Below are positions 58,031 to 64,000 of a stretch of 64,000 bases of DNA, piece after piece. This DNA comes from Victivallales bacterium (lineage in GTDB: Bacteria; Verrucomicrobiota; Lentisphaeria; Victivallales; UBA1829), in the NCBI GenBank assembly GCA_045612485.1, contig JAZKZE010000084.1, forward strand, positions 692 to 64,691, in the 5' to 3' direction. The position numbers were made by a program, and so were the translations under genes. Under the pieces are notes generated by a model. That model made no database searches and was not told where the DNA came from. It saw nothing but the letters and a program-made list of their open reading frames with translations. Within the stretch, counting starts at the first letter, position 1. The number at the start of each line of letters is the position of its first letter.

Positions 58031-59513
58031 TGTCGGCGATACCATTTGCAACTGTACACTTTTGCAGAAATGCGGCGATGGTGCTTATGGCGAAGTCTGG
58101 CTTGCTCACGATGCTATCGGAACCCGTGTTGCTCTGAAAATAATCAAAAATGGCGGCAGGTATTCTGAAAGAGAACTTGCGGGACTTAAAAATTACAAAG
58201 ACTGCAACCACCCCAATCTGTTGAAAATCCGTTATGTGGAAATTACCGATGCAAAAATCATCTGCATTATGGATGCAGCCGATGCCCTCAATCACGGTAA
58301 CGGCGAATATAAGCCCGATACCCTTGCCAACCGTTTAAGAAAATACGGCAGGCTGGACGGTAAAGAGATCACAGACATGCTCGACGGGTTGCTTGCCGGT
58401 TTGGAAGAACTCCACAAACATGGACTGGTTCACCGGGACATCAAGCCGGATAATATATTGTGGGTGAATGGCAGAGCGACACTTGCCGATGTGGGGTTGA
58501 TCGCCTTTGAGGGAGCAGGTTCACTGGTGGGGACGCCGGGCTTTCTTTCGCCACGGGTACTTGAGGGGAATCCAGCTGAAGCCAGCGACGACTTTTACGC
58601 TTTGGGCAAAGTGATCTACTGCGCTCTGACCGGACTTGCTGTGAGTGAATATCCGAGCATTCCTGCTGATATGACCATCAGCGTGGATGCCAATTTGAAT
58701 AAAGCTCTGCGCACAAGCTGTGCTGTCCCTATCAATTCAACCGCAGAGTTCAGGAAACTGTTGGCTGGCAAGCAAATCACTCCCGCCCCGCAGAACGGGA
58801 AAGACAAACGGCTGTTGCCCCTTAAAACAATATTGTCCGCAGTGGTAATTATTGCGCTGCTTGGAGGTTTTGTTTATCTCTTTTATCAGCAAAAGCAAAT
58901 GGAAGCCCAACATATCCCTCAACCGGTTGAAATTGATCCCGAAGCTGAAGAAAAGTTAAAACAGCTTCAAAATGCTGATAAGGATTTTCAAAGAAAGATT
59001 CAAACAGAGGTACTGGCATTTTTCAAAAAATCAGGCTGGCTTGATAATGGAAAAATGCTGCCGTTGCTGCTTGATTACAAAGTTATGAAACGGGAGGATA
59101 TGCAAGGTCTCCTTTTTGACAGCACCGATAATCCCCGTTTGAAACCGATCCATGGAGTTTATCGCAAAAAAGTTCGTGGAGTTACGCCGCTTGAGTCGAA
59201 ATTATGGGGAATGCTTCACGGTACTCATTATCCCGACTTTGACATTGCGAAGGTTCTGGAACGGCAGCGTTATTGGAGAAGATGCAAGGGAGATCCTGCA
59301 CAGATACTGAAAGAAATGTTGACCACTGATCCCGTGATGCAGGCTGTCGCATTGGATGCGGTTATCCGTCACGGGATCAACAAAGTATTGGAACATGGGG
59401 CGTTCCGTGACAACGAAGAAGCTGAACTCAAAAATTTGCTCTATATGCGTCAAGCTCTGCTTGATCCGGAATGGGGAAAGATCAAGCAGTTTATGTCAGG
59501 AAATTTGCCTTGA
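58020..59513 (+). CDS. Transmembrane Ser/Thr protein kinase (Hanks type) with an unknown C-terminal domain
   Basis: G-loop GDGAYGEVW, VALKII, HRDIKPDNILW, DVG (a DFG variant), GTPGFLSP. TM segment ILSAVVIIALLGGFVYLFY. The ATG at 58020 overlaps the sigma gene by 11 nt. Confidence 0.85.
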   Translation: MTCNVGDTICNCTLLQKCGDGAYGEVWLAHDAIGTRVALKIIKNGGRYSERELAGLKNYKDCNHPNLLKIRYVEITDAKIICIMDAADALNHGNGEYKPDTLANRLRKYGRLDGKEITDMLDGLLAGLEELHKHGLVHRDIKPDNILWVNGRATLADVGLIAFEGAGSLVGTPGFLSPRVLEGNPAEASDDFYALGKVIYCALTGLAVSEYPSIPADMTISVDANLNKALRTSCAVPINSTAEFRKLLAGKQITPAPQNGKDKRLLPLKTILSAVVIIALLGGFVYLFYQQKQMEAQHIPQPVEIDPEAEEKLKQLQNADKDFQRKIQTEVLAFFKKSGWLDNGKMLPLLLDYKVMKREDMQGLLFDSTDNPRLKPIHGVYRKKVRGVTPLESKLWGMLHGTHYPDFDIAKVLERQRYWRRCKGDPAQILKEMLTTDPVMQAVALDAVIRHGINKVLEHGAFRDNEEAELKNLLYMRQALLDPEWGKIKQFMSGNLP

Positions 59514-59526
59514 ATTGGCTTTAATA

Positions 59527-59565
59527 TTTGTGAAAATCGCAACTCCTACTTGAGATTTTCACAAA
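59527..59565. repeat. 12-bp perfect inverted repeat just after the kinase stop
   Basis: tttgtgaaaatc (59527-59538) and gattttcacaaa (59554-59565), with a 15-nt loop and no clean T-tract. It could be a terminator or an operator. Confidence 0.7.
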
Positions 59566-59826
59566 ATCAGAAAAATTTTAAAATCTTGCGACAAATCGTG
59601 AATTTGTTTGCGAATAATAGGGTGAAGAAAGAAATTTCTTCCATGCAAACAAAAATGCGATTTGATTTTGCGAGATTGTGATGCTATGTTATTTACCAAC
59701 CAAAAATGAAAGGTAAAAAACAAAAACAGTAATCACAAAAATTTGAAAATCATATAATTCGCATTTTTCAAGCGGATCGAAACTCAGGAAAACGCCAAAG
59801 GACAGAGAAAAAGATCGATTTGCTTG

Positions 59827-59922
59827 GAGTGCGTCTGTCTATACAGACGTACTCTGTTTGCATGGTCTTTTTCGGGTATTGGCGTACCTCCTGAGTCATG
59901 AAAATGGGGTACGTCTTTTTTT
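59827..59922 (+). promoter_or_regulatory. Structured leader with alternative hairpins and a terminator-like element upstream of the AAA+ cassette
   Basis: Hairpin gagtgcgtctg/cagacgtactc (59827-59854). Second hairpin ggcgtacc/ggtacgtc (59881-59888 and 59908-59915) followed by seven T residues (59916-59922). The segment gacgtac at 59846-59852 can alternatively pair with gtacgtc at 59909-59915. Confidence 0.45.
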
Positions 59923-59958
59923 GTGTATAAATATTAACTCAAAAAGCAGGAGGTCATT

Positions 59959-60408
59959 ATGGCTGACAATGAAAAAATGGCAGAACAGAACGATCTTAAA
60001 GTTTTGCTGCAGCAGTGGAAAGAATCCGGTCTTTCCGTCGATGAATTTTGTAAAAAGTATCTTGCTGAAAATGGCGTTGAAAATCCGGATGAAGTATTGA
60101 GCAGAATTGATGCGCAGTTTGAGCGAATTGAAAAACATTATATCGGCATTAAGGAAATGAAAGAAAATGGAGGAACCCGGGCGGAGTATATTGAGAAAGT
60201 TTGCAGTCCCGTTCTTGATGCCGTATCTGTGGAGAAAGCAAGTGATGCAATCGGCGCATTGATTTCCGACATTTCTGGAGAAGAAGGTTTGACAGTTCCA
60301 TTCGGCAATGATGAAGAGAAAGAAAATGCTTTTGAAGGTTTGGCAGAGGCGATCAAAGCTAATACTTTAAATACTTTACAAGAAGAATATGCTGTCAAGG
60401 AGAAATAA
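59959..60408 (+). CDS. Hypothetical highly acidic protein (149 aa), cassette gene 1
   Basis: Strong AGGAGG RBS. No family recognised. Confidence 0.7.
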   Translation: MADNEKMAEQNDLKVLLQQWKESGLSVDEFCKKYLAENGVENPDEVLSRIDAQFERIEKHYIGIKEMKENGGTRAEYIEKVCSPVLDAVSVEKASDAIGALISDISGEEGLTVPFGNDEEKENAFEGLAEAIKANTLNTLQEEYAVKEK

Positions 60409-60409
60409 A

Positions 60410-60949
60410 ATGGAAAACAATCTTGAACATACAGATTTGCAGAATGAGAATGTCGCTGAAAATGCAGCCGATGTAGGAATAAATCCCGAAAAAATCAGAG
60501 CTATTCGTAAAATTCTGGCTGCTGACCAAGTTGCCTCTCAAAAGGACAATATTCTGCCGGAAGCAGCAGCGGCAATTTCAGATACGGCAACTTTTGAATT
60601 GGATCAGCAAAAGAAACTTGCAGACGGAGAAATAACTGAAATCGAATATGTTGAAAATCTCGTTGACCGTAAAACAGCACAATTTTGCACATGGTTTGAA
60701 AACAATGGCGTTGAGTTGTGCGAAAAAGGCGGAGCGATTTTAGGGAATGCTGTTGGTTTTGTATTATTTCCCTGGGACCGGGAATTCGCAAAAAAATGTT
60801 CTGATATTGGAGCAAAAATTGGAAGAGCTTTGGGCCCGGTAGTTACCAAAGTCGTAAAAAAAGCCGCATCTATGTTGTCCGGAGTTATTAAAACAACGGC
60901 GGGTGTTATTGCAAGTTGTGGGAAGGTTATACGTACATTGTTTTCTTGA
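60410..60949 (+). CDS. Hypothetical protein (179 aa) with acidic N-terminal half and Gly/Lys-rich amphipathic C-terminal half, cassette gene 2
   Basis: The ATG at 60410 lies 1 nt after the upstream TAA, behind AAGGAGA. C-terminus GGAILGNAVGFVLFPW...GAKIGRALGPVVTKVVKKAASMLSGVIKTTAGVIASCGKVIRTLFS. Confidence 0.7.
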   Translation: MENNLEHTDLQNENVAENAADVGINPEKIRAIRKILAADQVASQKDNILPEAAAAISDTATFELDQQKKLADGEITEIEYVENLVDRKTAQFCTWFENNGVELCEKGGAILGNAVGFVLFPWDREFAKKCSDIGAKIGRALGPVVTKVVKKAASMLSGVIKTTAGVIASCGKVIRTLFS

Positions 60950-60959
60950 GTGATAAACC

Positions 60960-62564
60960 ATGACTGCGAATAGCAAAACAACGGTTAGCATATTAACCGA
61001 CTACATCGAAGCAGAAATGCCAGTAATATACATCAACAGTTTCGATTTTGAAGCTGTTGATGATGTTATCGCTGATGCCGTTAAAGCATGGCAAAAACAG
61101 TATCCTGAAGATAGATCGTATCGGATCGAGGAATTTTCTCATATTCATGGAACTGTTGATTTCAAGCACAAGGATGCTGGAGATTTAGAGTGTGATTTGA
61201 TTGGTTTTCTGAAAGACAAAGATCGTGATTTTAAAAAGAAACATAATTTTGTTATTTTGCGTGAAATTCATGATTGCATAAGAAATGAAAAGGTATATTC
61301 TGCAATCCAATCAATTGCTTGCAGGAAAAGCAAATTTAATGCGAGAAAACGGAATGAAAGTAATTTAGCTTATACCACGATTTTCATTGTTGATACCAAA
61401 TTGGAAATCCCATCCGAAATAGAACATTTGATCACAGTGGTTGATTTGAAAGATCCGGAAATTGACGAGATCAAAGCAATTTTGCAGACAATCGCAAATG
61501 ATAACGATACCGACTGTACCGAGTATGGACTTGATGCATTGGCTGAATGCTTTAAAGGATATTCCCGTTTGGAGATCAAACGAATTGCAAAATTGGCTGT
61601 CAGTCTGGAAGGAGCCATTGAGTTCAACAGCTGTAAAAAAATCATTGAATCTGAAAAAAAGCAAGCTTTCAAGAAGTCAAATCTTCTGGAATATATTATT
61701 CCCAAGCAAGATGAAATCGGTGGTTTGGAGCATCTTAAAAAATTTTTATCAACAGAAAAAGATTTTTTTAAAAAGTCCGAAGAAGCATACAAATGGGGAA
61801 AAATAAAACCGCCCACAGGAATCGTATTACTTGGTATGCCGGGATGCGGAAAAAGTTTATGTGCCAATCTTGTGGCAAGAGAATTTGACTGTCCTTTGCT
61901 ACGTTTGGATATGGGGCGTATTTTAGGGAAATATGTTGGTGAAAGCGAAGAGAATTTTCGTCGTACTTTGAAAACTGTCGAACGATCTTCGCCTTGCATT
62001 TTGTGGATCGATGAACTTGAAAAAGCCTTTTCCGGTGTCAATGGCGAAGGCAGTGGTGGTGAGATAATGACACGGCTTCTGGGATTCTTTCTTACCTGGC
62101 TGCAGGAAAAAACAAGTCCAATCTATGTTTTTGCCACAGCCAACGACATTTCAAAACTTCCGCCAGAATTTCTACGCAAAGGACGTTTTGATGAGATTTT
62201 TCGGGTTATGCTTCCTGATGAAAATGATCTTAAAGATATTTTCAGAACACAAGTTGCGGCTCACTTTGGCGATCGTGAGAAATCTTTAAGTTTGGATTAT
62301 CACAAACTGGCAGTTGCTTGTAGCGGAAAGAAATTTTCTGGAGCAGATGTCGCGTGTATTGTAAATGAAGCGTGCAAAAAAGCCTTCCTTGATACTCGGG
62401 AGAAGCGTGTTTTGCAAATGAATCATTTGCTGGATGCAATCAAAGTTTCAGTATCAAGCTATTTCGCAGATAAAGAAAAATATGAGGCAATGGAGAAAAA
62501 ATTATTGTCTCGTTCCGCAGTTGACGCTTCTACAGGAAAAACAGGTAACGGGGGAGAAAAATGA
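60960..62564 (+). CDS. AAA+ ATPase, classical AAA clade, Ycf46-like architecture (N-terminal domain plus one AAA module)
   Basis: Walker A LLGMPGCGKS, Walker B CILWIDELEKAF, second region of homology FLRKGRFDEIF. N-terminus MPVIYINSFDFEAVDDVI resembles the Ycf46-type N-domain. Confidence 0.85.
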   Translation: MTANSKTTVSILTDYIEAEMPVIYINSFDFEAVDDVIADAVKAWQKQYPEDRSYRIEEFSHIHGTVDFKHKDAGDLECDLIGFLKDKDRDFKKKHNFVILREIHDCIRNEKVYSAIQSIACRKSKFNARKRNESNLAYTTIFIVDTKLEIPSEIEHLITVVDLKDPEIDEIKAILQTIANDNDTDCTEYGLDALAECFKGYSRLEIKRIAKLAVSLEGAIEFNSCKKIIESEKKQAFKKSNLLEYIIPKQDEIGGLEHLKKFLSTEKDFFKKSEEAYKWGKIKPPTGIVLLGMPGCGKSLCANLVAREFDCPLLRLDMGRILGKYVGESEENFRRTLKTVERSSPCILWIDELEKAFSGVNGEGSGGEIMTRLLGFFLTWLQEKTSPIYVFATANDISKLPPEFLRKGRFDEIFRVMLPDENDLKDIFRTQVAAHFGDREKSLSLDYHKLAVACSGKKFSGADVACIVNEACKKAFLDTREKRVLQMNHLLDAIKVSVSSYFADKEKYEAMEKKLLSRSAVDASTGKTGNGGEK

Positions 62565-63751
62565 TAAAAGGACCTTTTAAAATAAATGGTAATTTGATTC
62601 TAACCCTGGATGACCTGCAGAAACATTTTGATATCCTTGAAATACTCAAAAAGCCAAAAGGACTTATCAGGTTTCTTGAGGAAACTGCACCTGAAAAAGC
62701 TTGTAAGGTTAAGGAGATAGAGTTTTTTCCGACTTATGAATTTGTTGACAAAATTACTGAAGTCTTAAATTGTGAGCAATACTTTCAGGATTCATTGAAC
62801 TTGATCTTTCATTTTTCAGGGATTACAGATCAGCTCTGGTGGAAATTTGTTAACAGTTGGGACTCAAAAGATCAGAGAATTTCTAAAGATTTTATTGACT
62901 TTAAGGATGCTCTGAACAGAAGAAATATGACTTCATTAATATTTGAAGTCGATGAGAACAGACTTCCTGATGCAGCATGGGCAAGACTGGTTCGCAACAC
63001 ATCTCCGGCTGATATTGAGGAATCTAAAAGGGAAAAGTTTATACAGATACAAAAACTGATTTCGTCCGGCATTGTCAGCAGAATCACTGTCAGTGCAGAA
63101 TCGGATAACAACCGTCCTACATCATCCAGTTCAAAACTGAAAACATTCAAAGAAAATGAGTTTTTAGAGGGGGTGGCAAATCTGCCACAAGAAATTGAAT
63201 TGACAGGGCATTTGGCAGAACGAGTTAAAGATATTTTCTTATTATCTGCTGAAACATGGGAAACATTGTTGGGAACTGAAAAAATATCTCCTGATGATAA
63301 GGATGCTTTATCAAAGCTAGAAAAAAATCTTAGGAAACAAAATCCTTTTCGGTTTAATGATGTTTTTTTTACAATGCATCCTCTTTTAGGGGGCATAATG
63401 TATATTGCTAGGGAATTAGTTGGTTCTAACTCTTTGATCGAATCTTTAATGAAATTCCGTCGCTTGCACTTATTAGAAAATTATGAGGTAGTTTCATATT
63501 CTTCTGACAGTAAGAAAAAGCAATTGATTTTGCGTTTTAATTCCAACCGGCAAGAAAAACATTTCACTACTGTTTGGAAAGAGTGCTGTCTGACTTGCAA
63601 CCATTTTAGATGTCGCCGCAAATTTGTAAATAAGAAATATATCAGTTATGAGTCAGATATTGGATTTTGTGGCGATTACTCAAGTTCAATAGAGCGATTT
63701 GATCATTCTTGTCATAAATACAATTATGAACGTTGGTGGGAGTTGAAATAA
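62561..63751 (+). CDS. Hypothetical protein (396 aa) with Cys/His-rich C-terminus, cassette gene 4
   Basis: ATGA start/stop overlap with the AAA+ gene. GGGGGAG RBS. C-terminus ECCLTCNHFRCRRKF...FCGDYSSSIERFDHSCHKY. Confidence 0.7.
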   Translation: MIKGPFKINGNLILTLDDLQKHFDILEILKKPKGLIRFLEETAPEKACKVKEIEFFPTYEFVDKITEVLNCEQYFQDSLNLIFHFSGITDQLWWKFVNSWDSKDQRISKDFIDFKDALNRRNMTSLIFEVDENRLPDAAWARLVRNTSPADIEESKREKFIQIQKLISSGIVSRITVSAESDNNRPTSSSSKLKTFKENEFLEGVANLPQEIELTGHLAERVKDIFLLSAETWETLLGTEKISPDDKDALSKLEKNLRKQNPFRFNDVFFTMHPLLGGIMYIARELVGSNSLIESLMKFRRLHLLENYEVVSYSSDSKKKQLILRFNSNRQEKHFTTVWKECCLTCNHFRCRRKFVNKKYISYESDIGFCGDYSSSIERFDHSCHKYNYERWWELK

Positions 63752-63752
63752 A

Positions 63753-63917
63753 ATGATTTATTGTGAATTTGAGTATCAGTTGAATTGCGGTGGGAATTGG
63801 AACCGTACCCGACAGAGATTGTCTGCGTGTACCACTGCTGCCGCAAAAGATTGGGTCAAGGCGCATTACGGCAGTAATGCCAGATGTATTGCAATCAGAA
63901 ATTTAAAAGCAATTTGA
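63753..63917 (+). CDS. Hypothetical 54-aa Cys-containing protein, cassette gene 5
   Basis: Hand-translated: MIYCEFEYQLNCGGNWNRTRQRLSACTTAAAKDWVKAHYGSNARCIAIRNLKAI. Starts 1 nt after the upstream TAA. Not in the ORF track. Confidence 0.45.
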   Translation: MIYCEFEYQLNCGGNWNRTRQRLSACTTAAAKDWVKAHYGSNARCIAIRNLKAI

Positions 63918-63928
63918 GGACTTGTTCC

Positions 63929-64000
63929 ATGATACAAAAAACACCAGTTCCTGAGTTTCAGTGGAAACAGGCGATTTGCTGTACTTGTGAATACTGGGGC
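63929..64000 (+). CDS. Partial ORF (MIQKTPVPEFQWKQAICCTCEYWG...), cassette gene 6, truncated by the window end
   Basis: ATG at 63929 behind GAGGA. Shares the CC-x-TC-x-aromatic motif with the C-terminus of gene 4. Confidence 0.4.
   Translation, partial: MIQKTPVPEFQWKQAICCTCEYWG

Overview
The window reads as two parts. (1) nt 1 to about 55.3 kb looks like ordinary chromosomal DNA of a glycan-degrading Gram-negative. It is probably a PVC-superphylum organism (Lentisphaerota/Verrucomicrobiota-like). That guess is an inference from an H-X9-DG (DUF1559) prepilin-like gene, a giant LamG protein and many large unclassifiable hydrolase-like genes. Recognisable content: a minus-strand glycan-utilisation gene string (7.4-21 kb) with a GH2 beta-galactosidase, a Gfo/Idh/MocA oxidoreductase, two tandem ~790-aa paralogs and two more large unknowns; mreC-mreD-mrdA; a stand-alone trpB2 preceded by what looks like a classical Trp-codon leader-peptide attenuator; apgM, an MscS channel, a CE7-type esterase and tyrS; a putative periplasm-facing redox cluster (NapH-like polyferredoxin, DUF1893 lipoprotein, Tat-signal aldo/keto reductase with Fe-S, AraC regulator); an MBOAT/AlgX-like O-acylation pair; tRNA-Arg(CCG); and two DMT permeases. 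(2) nt ~55.3-64.0 kb looks AT-richer by eye and is almost entirely unannotatable. It holds a double zinc-ribbon/bPH membrane protein and tiny zinc-ribbon ORFs. It also holds a translationally coupled hypothetical/ECF-sigma/Ser-Thr-kinase trio and a 445-nt structured intergenic region. It ends with at least six tightly coupled genes built around a Ycf46-like AAA+ ATPase, running off the window edge. That last cassette is my best candidate for an undescribed system. No rRNA, CRISPR array, transposase or integrase was seen. All calls come from reading the sequence and ORF translations; no database search was possible.
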